Source: a virus (taxonomy: Duplodnaviria; Caudoviricetes). From it: a stretch of 64,000 nt of DNA. Below the pieces are notes generated by a model. The model saw only the letters and a program-made list of their open reading frames with translations. It ran no database searches and had not been told where the DNA came from. The stretch is from IMG/VR virus record IMGVR_UViG_3300027776_000009; one strand, written 5' to 3'. Position numbers and translations under genes: made by a program. Below, piece after piece: positions 27,727-37,960 of the stretch. How positions within the stretch are numbered: the first letter of the stretch is position 1; the number at the start of each line of letters is the position of its first letter.

Positions 27727-28224
27727 ATGGATGCCCGTACTATTATTCTGCAAAAAGCATGGGTAGAGATTACGGATATTCCGCAAGGCGCCCTGATGCA
27801 GCGGGTGTCAGGTGCACCGGTTCACTACCTATATAGCAATGATCTCCCAAGAGCCAGCGACGAAGGATTCCCGTTGCCAGGAACCATGACTACAATCTTG
27901 GGCGGCTCACGTTTCTTCGTTCGCTCTCGTCTACTCTCCACGGTCACGTATTTACCCGTGGATGTCCAGGCGCTCAATGGGGCTGGATATGACGATTATG
28001 ACTACATCATTACGGACAATGATCTTCAGAACAAGCGATTGATCTTAATCAATGATCCAAGTCGCGACACAGTCCGCATCACGCCGTATCACGGTGATAT
28101 GCAGCGACTGGACGTGGATTACACCGTAACAGGTCGTGAAGTCAACTGGAACAATCTGGCGTTGGAACTCCTTCTCGAAGAAGGAGATGTTGTTAATATC
28201 CGTTACGCCAGAACGGTGACTTAA
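27727..28224 (+). CDS. Probable virion/tail-associated protein
   Basis: C-terminal Q..DVDYTV.....LEEGDVV.I.Y domain, shared in style with the end of 28688-29755. Confidence 0.55.
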   Translation: MDARTIILQKAWVEITDIPQGALMQRVSGAPVHYLYSNDLPRASDEGFPLPGTMTTILGGSRFFVRSRLLSTVTYLPVDVQALNGAGYDDYDYIITDNDLQNKRLILINDPSRDTVRITPYHGDMQRLDVDYTVTGREVNWNNLALELLLEEGDVVNIRYARTVT

Positions 28225-28604
28225 CTAGAGATCAGATGTGTGTAGTATAGAACATTACCTCCCCCATCAAGGACGGCCGTTAACTCATGAGGGGCGTAAA
28301 CCCGCGCCATGTTTCGACATGCGGGTAAGTGCATTTCATTCACCAAGATGATATCATCACCTCCCACGGCGGGCAGCGATACTTGTGAGCGACTGATCAG
28401 CACCGGGGTAATGATTTCAGATACTTCACCTTGCTCTGTTTCTGATGATCGGAAGCTGAACGAAACATCCTCACAGTCGTACAACTCTGTAAGGATCTGT
28501 AGGACAACGACTTGGTCATCCTGATTACGATGTTCTGGAAACACGACACGATGCTGCCCGACTTGATACGGGATAGCTCGACCTGTCAAATTGATAACCG
28601 CCAT
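28221..28604 (-). CDS. Hypothetical protein
   Basis: GGAG RBS; sits on the opposite strand inside the + structural cluster. Confidence 0.5.
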   Translation of the reverse strand: MAVINLTGRAIPYQVGQHRVVFPEHRNQDDQVVVLQILTELYDCEDVSFSFRSSETEQGEVSEIITPVLISRSQVSLPAVGGDDIILVNEMHLPACRNMARVYAPHELTAVLDGGGNVLYYTHLISS

Positions 28605-28687
28605 TGTTATTTCTCCAGCGAATAGTGGTTGGTATCGTAATATGTTGCATTCTGTTTTTTCTCACACCCACCTCATGAGGATTTATC

Positions 28688-29755
28688 ATGACTCAACGCA
28701 CCACGAAGTTCATCCAAGACGACGCCGTGACCGGCGCCAAGATCCTGCTGCGGAACAACGAAACCTTGCGCAGCTTTGCGCAGGACGGAACGACCAAGCT
28801 GGACATTCTGAAGCTCACAACCGCCAACGTTCTGGAGTTCCAACGCATCCCTCAGCTCAACAGTGCTCTGGCCATGCCGTCTGCACCGAAAGATCTGGTG
28901 ACGGTGGAATACATCACCAACTTCGTCGCCGGCAAGACCGATCCCAAGGACGCCGTTAACTTCTACTCCGATGTCAACGTCCCCTTGACTGGCTCGACCC
29001 CGTTGGTGGTCGATAGCGGCACCCTGACCGACGGGATGCGTCTGGGTCTGGGTAACCAAACCACCGGCATCCAGAACGGTGTTTACAATGTGGCAATCTC
29101 GGGGGGTACCTACACCCTGACCCGAGCCGCTGACTTTGACCAAGTGGATGACCCGCTGGGCAAGGAAGTGACTTCCGGCGCCTACTTCAAGATCATTTCC
29201 GGTACGGTGTACTCCGGCTGGGAAGCGATTGTGGCCAACGCTGACCCCATTGTGATCAACACCACGGTGCTGACTTTCACGCTGAACCCGACTGTCCAAG
29301 CTCTGTCTGGCGGCGACATGGTTACCAAGACTGGTAACACGCTGTCTGTCGACCTGGCCTCCCTGGGTGGTTTGGAATCCACTAACCCCGGCAACGTCAA
29401 CGGTCAGTTGCGCGTAAAGGTTGACACTGCTGCGTTGGAGAAAGACCAGACCACTCGCCGGGATTCGTCCACAGGCGCTGTGATGGCGAAGAAGCCCTAC
29501 AAGCAGGCCGTTACGCTGACCGCGCAGGATATCCTGAACGGCTACATCGATGCCACAGTGGTGCTCAGCCAAGGTGGTGTGCAGCTCTGGGTGGCTGGCG
29601 GTGGCTTCCAGCAAGAAACGGTTGACTTCACGGTCAACTACACCGGCGGCGCCTCCAGTAAGACTCGTGTTACCTTTACGGGTGGTCTGGCCATCGGTGG
29701 CGTGTCGGAATTGGTCGCCGGTGACATCGTTGAACTGATCGGTGAGTCCTGGTAA
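28688..29755 (+). CDS. Virion structural protein (tail fibre/decoration type)
   Basis: G.R.....QT...QNGVY......LTRA.DFD motif common in phage structural proteins; Thr/Gly-rich. Confidence 0.65.
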   Translation: MTQRTTKFIQDDAVTGAKILLRNNETLRSFAQDGTTKLDILKLTTANVLEFQRIPQLNSALAMPSAPKDLVTVEYITNFVAGKTDPKDAVNFYSDVNVPLTGSTPLVVDSGTLTDGMRLGLGNQTTGIQNGVYNVAISGGTYTLTRAADFDQVDDPLGKEVTSGAYFKIISGTVYSGWEAIVANADPIVINTTVLTFTLNPTVQALSGGDMVTKTGNTLSVDLASLGGLESTNPGNVNGQLRVKVDTAALEKDQTTRRDSSTGAVMAKKPYKQAVTLTAQDILNGYIDATVVLSQGGVQLWVAGGGFQQETVDFTVNYTGGASSKTRVTFTGGLAIGGVSELVAGDIVELIGESW

Positions 29756-29770
29756 GCCCTGAGGTAAGTC

Positions 29771-30388
29771 ATGACACAGAGACTCTGGAAGTTCATGTCG
29801 ACAGTCACAACGGTCATGACGACTCCGGTGCATAATAGCCTGATCCAGTTGGGTGACACCATTGATCAGGCTATTGGAAAACTCCAGAGTCTTCTATCTG
29901 TACGCACATTACGTACGGTACTGACCTCTCCAGTGACAGGCGGTGCCTCGACCACTGCAAACTTTACGCTGATGACTTTAACAGTTCCGGCTAATCGTTT
30001 GCAGGTAGGTGATGTCTTGGAGTTCACCATACACGGACGTAACACCAAGACAAACTCAGGTGGCTCAGTTATTGAGTATTGGGTATCTATTGGTGGTACT
30101 CAATGTATTACCCTCTCGTTCACACCAGGAACTGGGATCACGAATCAACCTTTTGTAGTTCGCGGACGCATTGTTGTCAGAAGCATAGGTGGTTCCGGTG
30201 CCTTAGTCTGCGCTGCTGATGCACTGTCTCATACCACTGCTACTACAGTTTTTCCCAGAACCAGTGCTCCAACCGTTAACACGCGAGACACAACTACTTC
30301 TCTTGTAGTCGCAGTAGGTGGGCGATATAGCAGCAGCAATGCTGGCAACCTGATGACTGCTGAGCATGGGGAAATCTGTCAGATATAG
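29771..30388 (+). CDS. Tail-fibre-like structural protein
   Basis: DTI.QAIGKLQ coiled segment followed by a Thr/Gly beta-rich domain. Confidence 0.55.
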   Translation: MTQRLWKFMSTVTTVMTTPVHNSLIQLGDTIDQAIGKLQSLLSVRTLRTVLTSPVTGGASTTANFTLMTLTVPANRLQVGDVLEFTIHGRNTKTNSGGSVIEYWVSIGGTQCITLSFTPGTGITNQPFVVRGRIVVRSIGGSGALVCAADALSHTTATTVFPRTSAPTVNTRDTTTSLVVAVGGRYSSSNAGNLMTAEHGEICQI

Positions 30389-30394
30389 GAGTAG

Positions 30395-31042
30395 GTGATG
30401 AGTTATTTTGTTGCAAATGCATTGGGTGACTTAGTCACCGTTTCTGACGAGGCTCTCGATGGCGGGATTGAGTATCAGGATGATGTTCTTTTTGCCTTGG
30501 TCAAACAAGCCCAGTACAACTACAAGTGGTTGAACGACGAGATCGTTCATTGCCCGCGTCCAGATCCGTACCACGCATGGAATGGAACCACGTGGGAGTT
30601 TAGCCCTAAGCTCCTGCAAGACGGGCGAGACACCACTTGGGAAAAGATCAAAGACTACCGCCAGTATCGACAGTATCTGGGTGTGAAGATCATTGTGGGT
30701 GGGAACCCTTATTGGGTTCATTCTGATGAGGTGAGTCGCTCACTGCACCTGGGCTTGCTAGGTGCTGCTATTCTCCACGTGCTGAAGGTAGTGGTTGGCA
30801 TCACAACCCTCCCAGCCTTCCCCAGTGGTAAGCTGTGGAAAACCATGGAAGTTAACGGCGCTGGTCAGCCTATCTTTCTACTCCTTGACTACACCGTGGC
30901 TTTCCAGATCTTTGCGGCCGATATGGATATCACCTCAGCCTGTTTCGCCAAGGCTGAAGAACATCGCCTGATGATGGAAGCCAATCCCGATCCTCTGAAC
31001 TACGACTACACCACCAACTGGCCCCAGGTCTTTGGAGAATAA
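30395..31042 (+). CDS. Tail fibre assembly-like protein (DUF4376-like)
   Basis: PDPYHAWNGTTW, W..IK..R, W.HSD..SR, WKTM, C-terminal YDY..NWP. Confidence 0.7.
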   Translation: MMSYFVANALGDLVTVSDEALDGGIEYQDDVLFALVKQAQYNYKWLNDEIVHCPRPDPYHAWNGTTWEFSPKLLQDGRDTTWEKIKDYRQYRQYLGVKIIVGGNPYWVHSDEVSRSLHLGLLGAAILHVLKVVVGITTLPAFPSGKLWKTMEVNGAGQPIFLLLDYTVAFQIFAADMDITSACFAKAEEHRLMMEANPDPLNYDYTTNWPQVFGE

Positions 31043-31505
31043 CGTGGAAACGATTCGGCTTATATACAGCAAGTCTAAACTTCCTCTGAGTCCTCTGATC
31101 CAGATGGTGACATGGTCCGAGTGGAGTCATGTTGGTATTCTGGTAGGCGACACAGTCATTGAGTCTACATGGTCACACGGAGGAGTCAAGGAAACGTCTC
31201 TGGATGTATTTCTGGAACGCTCCAGCGATTGGATCGTTAAGGAATACCAGTGTCATAGTCGCCAAGCTATTATTGATGCAGCACGCACACAAATCGATAA
31301 ACCGTATGACAAAACGGGGCTGGTTGGTATCTTGATGCGTGACAGGAACTGGCAGGAAGATGACAGCTGGTTCTGCAGTGAGTTGATTGCCTGGGCATTT
31401 GCTGCTGGCGGAACTCCCTTGTTTATGCTGGAAGACGGGTATCGTATTACACCGCAGAACATCTACATGCTGTGGAGTGTTGTGGTGGACAGGAAACCCA
31501 AATGA
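31032..31505 (+). CDS. Permuted papain-like NlpC/P60 amidase (YiiX/YebB family)
   Basis: WSHVG, KPYD, WFCSEL. Confidence 0.85.
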   Translation: MENNVETIRLIYSKSKLPLSPLIQMVTWSEWSHVGILVGDTVIESTWSHGGVKETSLDVFLERSSDWIVKEYQCHSRQAIIDAARTQIDKPYDKTGLVGILMRDRNWQEDDSWFCSELIAWAFAAGGTPLFMLEDGYRITPQNIYMLWSVVVDRKPK

Positions 31506-31570
31506 GGGCAAAAAACAAAGTGACATACAGCTAGGAGAGAGGGGTTACCTCTCTCCTAGCTGCTATGCCG

Positions 31571-31984
31571 TTAGTACGGGAAGACAACGTCGCCTTGTTT
31601 GAAAATGACCTTGTCCCCAACAATGAAGCCTGAATCATTTTCCATGCACTCAGCCATGTTAGCACTGATGCGTTTCCACTTTCCACCGCTGATGCAGATG
31701 AACTCCTTCCACATTTCAACCGCGGAGAATTGCTTCGGTATAGTCGGGTTATTACAATGAGGGCAGATGTTATCATCCACTCCATCAAAACAACCTGTTA
31801 TGGTTTCCTGCTGACACCAGACACAGGGAATAGGATCACCCTGTTTAATGTTGTCATAGTCGCGCACGGTTACCTGCACTGTCTTCGGCGCTGCCACCGA
31901 CTGCACAACACCTCCTTCCACAACAACAAGCACTACAGGTTTACGATTCATGTTGGTACTCCACGTACTACTAGGTTTAGTCAC
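31571..31984 (-). CDS. Hypothetical protein with Zn-ribbon
   Basis: VVVEGGVVQSV N-terminal motif; CxxC...CxxC. Confidence 0.55.
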   Translation of the reverse strand: MTKPSSTWSTNMNRKPVVLVVVEGGVVQSVAAPKTVQVTVRDYDNIKQGDPIPCVWCQQETITGCFDGVDDNICPHCNNPTIPKQFSAVEMWKEFICISGGKWKRISANMAECMENDSGFIVGDKVIFKQGDVVFPY

Positions 31985-32020
31985 ATCAACCTAGTAGTAC
32001 GTAACTAGAAAGTGCTGCGT

Positions 32021-35000
32021 TTAACCACATGCGCCGATAGCACCACAGGAAGTACATTTCTTACAGCCGTCCACCTTGATGACTGCAAACTCGCCACACT
32101 CGCCGCACTTGGCCCCACCCATTACTTGAAGACCCCCTTTGATCTCAGCGTCAGATTGAACGGCATTCTTGATCGCTGCCATGGTGTTGCTGAACATGGT
32201 GAGTGCTTTCATGGACGACATGATCTTCAGATCAACAGTCCGGAAGTTGGTATCCAGAAAACCGCGCTCTTGCAGCATTTCTTGCAATGCGTAAGCCAAG
32301 GCGGCGACTTCCGATTCATGATGGCGGGTACCCTTACTTCCATCCGGCCGATCAATCTGACCATAACGAACCAACCCCTTGTCCCAGACAACTTCACGCA
32401 GATCCGCCAGAGCATCTGCTACCGACGCTCCAGACCTTGAAATCTGAGACAGGAGCCGCATGGTAGCAGCAACCCATTGCTGAGAATCGTCTTGCTGACC
32501 CGCAGGGACAAAGAACTCGATCGGGCGTTCGATCGCGATGGCTTCACCATTGTGAACACCATCTACAACCATGAACGAGACCGAGAGATAGATCTTCTTC
32601 TCGCCTTCCAGCGTGTAGTACACCATTTTGCGAGTAATCGCATTAAGGTCGCCGGCCGGGCGTGATTTGAACTTCACCGTCAGGGGATCCAGATCCTTCA
32701 ACGCACCCACCGGAAATTCGTCTCCCACTTTCGGTTCCTCGGCAACAGACAAGACCGCACCCAGGATGTTGTTGGGGCGATACGTAGCCAAACCTTTCAG
32801 CCCGGCTTTCCAGCCGTTGTAGTACAGGTCCTTGAACTCTTCGTACGGGTAGTCCGCCGGAACATTCACCGTCTTGGAGATGCTGGTGTCGATATAGGGT
32901 TGCACCACTTCCAGCATCCGCATATGGTCGTCAGCCGACATTTCAAGAGCAGTGACGAAGTAGCTCGGCAAATTGTTGACATCCCCACCCAGATGGCGAT
33001 ACAGGCGCCACGCATGGTCTTCAACCGGCAGAATCTTGCTGCTACCATCATCCATTCGCTTCTTGCGATTGTAGGTCCAGCTAAATGCTGGCTCAATACC
33101 ATTGGAGGCGTTGTCGGCGAAGGACAAGGAAATGGTTCCAGTCGGCGCGATCGACAGCAGATGGCTGTTGCGAATACCGTTCGCTCGGATATAGTCGCGG
33201 ATGTGCTCCGGCAGTCGACGTGCGAAGCCGCTATCCAGATACTTGTCGGCATCGAACATCGGGAACACCCCTTTCTCGATAGCCAGCTTCACCGATGCAC
33301 GATAGGCCTCATCACGCATGATTCGAGAGACCTGTTCAGCGAAGTGGAGGCCTTCCGGAGAGTTGTACTTGATTCTCATCATGACCAGAGCATCGCCAAG
33401 ACCGGTGAACCCCAGACCAATCCGGCGTTTGGAGTCAGACTGTTCCTTCTGCTGTTCCAACGGCCAGTAGGTAAGATCGAGCACGTTGTCAAGCATACGT
33501 ACACCAAGCCCAACAACCTCAATGAACTTCTCGGTGTCAAACGTTGCGCGTTCCGTGAAGGGGTCGATGATTAACTTCGTCAGATTGATGGAACCCAAAT
33601 CACAGCAACCATAATTCGGCAACGGTTGTTCCGCACACTGTCCAGTTACCAACCCATTAAAAATGACCGTATTATTGTCGGCCTGAGTGGTATCATAAAC
33701 TGCCTCTACCCCGATATACTCGATGCTGGTGATAGCGGCCGTAAAGGACTGCGTCTTATACAGTTTCTTCCCGTCCATCCAGGCAAGAAGTTTATCGTTC
33801 ATCTCGGGAAGCAGAAAACCGATATGTTGAGCGAATGCATTTCGCGACTCACCATCAACAATCAGTTCATAGCTATCCTTGCAAGGATAGCTGGCGTACC
33901 CTCCGCGCCCATCCGGCAGTTCACGGAAACCGGCAACCCGCGCGAGTCTTATCGTGGAGAAAACCCCGAAGTTAGCCAGCAACATCTGGATCTCACCCAG
34001 ATAGTCCTCGGAGATAGAGGAGAGACGGATGGAACAGGTATTGCTACCTTGATTGACGAGGATGGTTCCGTCCGTTTGAAACAGGCCGTGCAGATAGCCC
34101 CGAACACAGCTCTCAGACCCCTTCCAAACTACTTCAGGTACAACCAGTTTTGTCCGTGCGTTGAAACCGAAATCCCGATCAAGAACACTGGCAAGCACCA
34201 CCGAACGAATGGACTCCATGTCACGACCTTCGATGGAAACGCTTTCAACACGTCGGTAACGCGGTTCATCGCGAATCAAACGGTTGACAGCGGCAACGCA
34301 TTCTGAAGCCACTGCACGATTCTCGCCCCAAAGCCCGACGCAGGCGGCAACTCCATTACCCCGAGCGGTGAAGTGACCATCGCCCGCAATCAGTCCCATC
34401 AGCATCCCGAGTTCGTAACTTCCCTCTGTCCCGAACTGACCAAGCCCGCTTTGCACCAACAAAACGTCATCAAGCGTCAGATCGCGCAGTTTAACCTTAC
34501 CCCGGGTGGTGTAGAAATCGTGCCACTCCGTGGCCTTGATCGTATATCCGGCCTGTGTCGTAATTTGGTAAACATCGGCAAGTTCGGCGGTCATGAACAC
34601 CGGCACTGCCGGGCGGATATCAACACCACGGGGTGCAGTTCCAAGCGCACGCTTGTCGACGGTTACTTGGAGGGTCTCTTGAGACCGATAGAGCTCGTCC
34701 ATCCGAACCAAACCATATTGGGTAGCCAAGCGCGTATCGCCGGTCACGCACGGGTTGGTGGCCTCAATGTCTTCGCAATAGTACAGGTTGTTTTCCTGAT
34801 TCATGCGGTCGACGTAGAGGATACCGGGCTCGGCATGGTCATAGGTCGATTGCATGACCTGATCCCAAAGGGCACGCGCTTTGACCGTTCGATAAACCCA
34901 CATACCGTCTTCACGTTGGAAAGCACCGAGTTCAGCAATGACCTCAGGGTGCGGTTCAGCAACGTGAACCAGTTGGAAGTCGGCATCTTTTTCGACAGCT

Positions 35001-35614
35001 TCCATGAAAGCATCAGTCACGGCAATCGAGATGTTGAAGTTCTTCAGATCACCCGTATCCTTGGCATGAATGAACTCTTCGATGTCCGGATGATCACAGT
35101 TGAGTACACCCATCTGGGCACCACGGCGCGCCCCTGCTGACTCAACGGTCTCACAGGTCTTGTCAAAGACGCGCATGAAACTGACGGGTCCCGAAGAGCG
35201 AGAGTTAGTGGCCGAAACAAAGCCACCGCAGGGTCGCAAATGCGAAAAGTTGTAACCGACCCCGCCGCCGCGACGCAGGGTTTCGGCTGCTTCCTCCAGT
35301 GCTTTCATGATACTCGGGCGCCCGTCCTTTGCCATTCCGCGCATGGCGTCACCGATTGGTTGGACGAAGCAGTTGATCAATGTGGCTTGGATATTCGTAC
35401 CGGCTGCCGAAGAGATACGACCGGCAGGAATGAAGCCACTATCCAGAGCGTAGTAGAAGCGCTCTTCGTAGTCCTCGCGAACATTTTCGTTCTCGACAGA
35501 GGCCAGCGCTTTGGCTACACGCCGCCGATTCTGATCCAGTGTAACTTCGCCATTTTTGGCGTACTTCTCGATGAAAACTTCGATGCTGACTTCCTGGAGC
35601 TGCAGTTGGTTCAT
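32021..35614 (-). CDS. nrdJ: Class II (adenosylcobalamin-dependent) ribonucleotide reductase with intein
   Basis: PAGR, NCFV, GGGVG, RRGAQM, EPG, NP|intein|CAEQ, APTGTIS, SKT.N, C-terminal TSCPD-like domain and Zn ribbon. Confidence 0.93.
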   Translation of the reverse strand: MNQLQLQEVSIEVFIEKYAKNGEVTLDQNRRRVAKALASVENENVREDYEERFYYALDSGFIPAGRISSAAGTNIQATLINCFVQPIGDAMRGMAKDGRPSIMKALEEAAETLRRGGGVGYNFSHLRPCGGFVSATNSRSSGPVSFMRVFDKTCETVESAGARRGAQMGVLNCDHPDIEEFIHAKDTGDLKNFNISIAVTDAFMEAVEKDADFQLVHVAEPHPEVIAELGAFQREDGMWVYRTVKARALWDQVMQSTYDHAEPGILYVDRMNQENNLYYCEDIEATNPCVTGDTRLATQYGLVRMDELYRSQETLQVTVDKRALGTAPRGVDIRPAVPVFMTAELADVYQITTQAGYTIKATEWHDFYTTRGKVKLRDLTLDDVLLVQSGLGQFGTEGSYELGMLMGLIAGDGHFTARGNGVAACVGLWGENRAVASECVAAVNRLIRDEPRYRRVESVSIEGRDMESIRSVVLASVLDRDFGFNARTKLVVPEVVWKGSESCVRGYLHGLFQTDGTILVNQGSNTCSIRLSSISEDYLGEIQMLLANFGVFSTIRLARVAGFRELPDGRGGYASYPCKDSYELIVDGESRNAFAQHIGFLLPEMNDKLLAWMDGKKLYKTQSFTAAITSIEYIGVEAVYDTTQADNNTVIFNGLVTGQCAEQPLPNYGCCDLGSINLTKLIIDPFTERATFDTEKFIEVVGLGVRMLDNVLDLTYWPLEQQKEQSDSKRRIGLGFTGLGDALVMMRIKYNSPEGLHFAEQVSRIMRDEAYRASVKLAIEKGVFPMFDADKYLDSGFARRLPEHIRDYIRANGIRNSHLLSIAPTGTISLSFADNASNGIEPAFSWTYNRKKRMDDGSSKILPVEDHAWRLYRHLGGDVNNLPSYFVTALEMSADDHMRMLEVVQPYIDTSISKTVNVPADYPYEEFKDLYYNGWKAGLKGLATYRPNNILGAVLSVAEEPKVGDEFPVGALKDLDPLTVKFKSRPAGDLNAITRKMVYYTLEGEKKIYLSVSFMVVDGVHNGEAIAIERPIEFFVPAGQQDDSQQWVAATMRLLSQISRSGASVADALADLREVVWDKGLVRYGQIDRPDGSKGTRHHESEVAALAYALQEMLQERGFLDTNFRTVDLKIMSSMKALTMFSNTMAAIKNAVQSDAEIKGGLQVMGGAKCGECGEFAVIKVDGCKKCTSCGAIGACG
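33638..34750 (-). mobile_element. Intein (371 aa) with LAGLIDADG homing endonuclease, inserted at the RNR catalytic NPC motif
   Basis: Begins CVTGDT; block B ATEWHDF; LMGLIAGDG and LHGLFQTDG; ends VYD...NGLVTGQ then extein Cys. Confidence 0.92.
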
Positions 35615-35728
35615 GATATCCCCGTTGGGTTGTTAAAGTGTAGACACGTAGGATGTCCAAAAAAATAAAATCTAACTAGGGCATATGAAAAGGGGACCCA
35701 ATGCCCCTTTTCATGCATGGTGTTGTGA

Positions 35729-36022
35729 CTACGAGTTGCATGTGTTGTATGGTGAGTAGATCTCGTAACGATTAAAATGCCGAATCAACATCGGACTACG
35801 CGTGGGTGGTCGCTCGAAGACATCCCCATGTAGTACTTTTCCATAGAAACCTTTCCAACAGGGTGGGAACCCTACACTAAAACATCCATCTCCACCATTC
35901 AGGAAGAACATGGTTACCGTAGTGGGGAGTGGAATAATACCTTGTTGTAACTTCAGGTTGACACGACGATATTCTGCAATGACAGCTTCGATATCCTCGG
36001 TCGTTGTTATTAACTCGGACAT
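35729..36022 (-). CDS. Hypothetical protein
   Basis: Start MSELIT after GGAGG. Confidence 0.5.
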   Translation of the reverse strand: MSELITTTEDIEAVIAEYRRVNLKLQQGIIPLPTTVTMFFLNGGDGCFSVGFPPCWKGFYGKVLHGDVFERPPTRSPMLIRHFNRYEIYSPYNTCNS

Positions 36023-36023
36023 C

Positions 36024-36227
36024 TTACACCTCCACTTGTTTGAGAATCTGTTCCCAAGAAGCTTCACCCTCCGTATACACCGACCCATCTGTCAGATAAG
36101 CCGTAGCACGCACTCCCGTTTCTACAATAGTGAAGATTTCGGACTCCGTTTCTTCCGTAGCTTGCGTCTTTACCTTCAAGTGGTCTGTTTCAAACCACGT
36201 ATGTCCATCATCCAGAGAAATCAGCAT
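36024..36227 (-). CDS. Hypothetical protein
   Basis: 67 aa ORF in the operon. Confidence 0.5.
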   Translation of the reverse strand: MLISLDDGHTWFETDHLKVKTQATEETESEIFTIVETGVRATAYLTDGSVYTEGEASWEQILKQVEV

Positions 36228-36236
36228 ACCTACCCC

Positions 36237-36755
36237 CTAAAACAATTCCATCATCCAACCATCGCAGCGATCGCACCAGCCGGTTGGCCAGTTGTAAATC
36301 ATACCATCGTCGTCGACAACTATTTGGTGCTCACCCCAGACAAAGATCAGATTCTTGATCACGCCACGCTTGATCAATACGCGCAAGTAACTAACTTCCA
36401 ATGGGCCACCCACAGTAAATCTCGAACCACGCTCGATCAAGCTGTTGATATTCTCTTCAACAACAGCTTCAGGGAAAACCAAGCCGATCTTATCATCGTA
36501 CCCAACACGCATGATTCCATCGTTGTCAACCAGCGGAATCCGACCATGGGTTTCTAGAGTATAGCCGCACTCCGTCACCATATCGGCAATGTGTATCACA
36601 GTGCTTCCACCGACGTTGGGCAAGCATGAGATTCCTTTTCTTCCTCGTGCAATGACATCAGCAAGAGTGTGAGCACCATCCGCCGTCAGTGCATTGAGTG
36701 CCCGAGTAGCAAACCCAATCTCAACGATGGGTGTTGAAAGTGGAACACGATTCAT
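36237..36755 (-). CDS. RNA polymerase alpha-CTD-like domain protein
   Basis: TPIVEIGFATRALNAL...GAHTLADVI......LPNVG..T...I matches the alpha-CTD HhH signature. Confidence 0.7.
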   Translation of the reverse strand: MNRVPLSTPIVEIGFATRALNALTADGAHTLADVIARGRKGISCLPNVGGSTVIHIADMVTECGYTLETHGRIPLVDNDGIMRVGYDDKIGLVFPEAVVEENINSLIERGSRFTVGGPLEVSYLRVLIKRGVIKNLIFVWGEHQIVVDDDGMIYNWPTGWCDRCDGWMMELF

Positions 36756-36816
36756 GGAGCTATCCCCCTTTTATAAGCAATATGCGCCCAACTCCGAAGA
36801 GTTGGGCTATGGTTGG

Positions 36817-37917
36817 TCAAGTAGCAACAGCGATCTTGATTGCCGGGTGAGGATCGTAACCCTCAATACCGTCACAGATGCGCTGAATGATTTCAGATTT
36901 GTCCTCGATGTACGGATTCATGATATCCGACAGATTCACCAAGGCATCCAGGCGGAACTTGGGCATGGGGCGAATGTCGCGCATCATCATGATATCCACC
37001 TCAGCCATCTGGTTGGAGTAGATGTGTGCATCACCAGTACTGATGATCAATTCACCCGGCAGGTAACCACATTCCATCGCCAACAAATGTGTCAACAACG
37101 CGTAGCTGGCGATATTGAAGGGTGCACCCACGGGGACATCCCAACTCCGCTGATACAGATGCAGATCCAGGTAACGGCTGCACACGCCCAGCTTGTCCAG
37201 CAGCTCGTGCGTCGCCGCATGGTCCGTGCTGGCATCTATTCCCAAGCGCATTCCGATACTAGCCAGGTGGGTGTTGTAGTACTCCAACCGTTCTTCAAGC
37301 GTCATGTCACGGACGTAGCACTGCCAAAATGGGTGGCAGGGTGCAAGCGACATCCGACCCTCCAGAACGTTCTGTTGCGGTGATTTGGATTCATCCGGCA
37401 GATCGGTAACGCTCCACGCAGAGACAATGTGCCGCCGCGAATACGGATTGTGTTTCAGGCTATTAACCAACCCACGTATTTGATCAACACGCTCTCTTCC
37501 GACCTGTCCATCGGAAAGATCCGCAACACCGCACCAGTTGCGCCACTGACCGCCGTAAATGGGACCCAGAGAACCGATTCGCCTTGTGTCAATAGCATTA
37601 ACCCCATCGATTGTTACCGGGTTAGCCTGTGCGAATTCTTCAGTAAGGACCCACTGGTCCCAGATCCCGCGTTGATCTTTGTTCACACTAGAAAGCAACC
37701 GCAGGCGGTTGTTACATGTGCTTCCTTCCAGAAACCAAATCAATTCTGCAACAACTGCCCGCCACGGGGTGCGCTTCAGCGTGACGAGCGGAAAACCTTC
37801 CTGTAGATTGAAGGTAAGTTGGCGACCAAACACAGACAGAGTACCGGTACCGGTGCGATCCCCACGACGACGGCCATTGGTCAAAATATCGCGAAGCAGG
37901 TTCTTGTACTGTTGCAT
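36817..37917 (-). CDS. thyA: Thymidylate synthase
   Basis: DRTGTGT, GPIYG.QWR, LAPCH, YQRS.D..G.PFN, DAHIY; has insertions. Confidence 0.96.
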   Translation of the reverse strand: MQQYKNLLRDILTNGRRRGDRTGTGTLSVFGRQLTFNLQEGFPLVTLKRTPWRAVVAELIWFLEGSTCNNRLRLLSSVNKDQRGIWDQWVLTEEFAQANPVTIDGVNAIDTRRIGSLGPIYGGQWRNWCGVADLSDGQVGRERVDQIRGLVNSLKHNPYSRRHIVSAWSVTDLPDESKSPQQNVLEGRMSLAPCHPFWQCYVRDMTLEERLEYYNTHLASIGMRLGIDASTDHAATHELLDKLGVCSRYLDLHLYQRSWDVPVGAPFNIASYALLTHLLAMECGYLPGELIISTGDAHIYSNQMAEVDIMMMRDIRPMPKFRLDALVNLSDIMNPYIEDKSEIIQRICDGIEGYDPHPAIKIAVAT

Positions 37918-37960
37918 GTTGTTACTCCTTGGGTTGTTTTTCCGCCGTTCAAGTCACGGG

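Noticed and set aside
28673-29833. 386 aa minus-strand ORF
   Set aside because: Antisense to a convincing structural gene.
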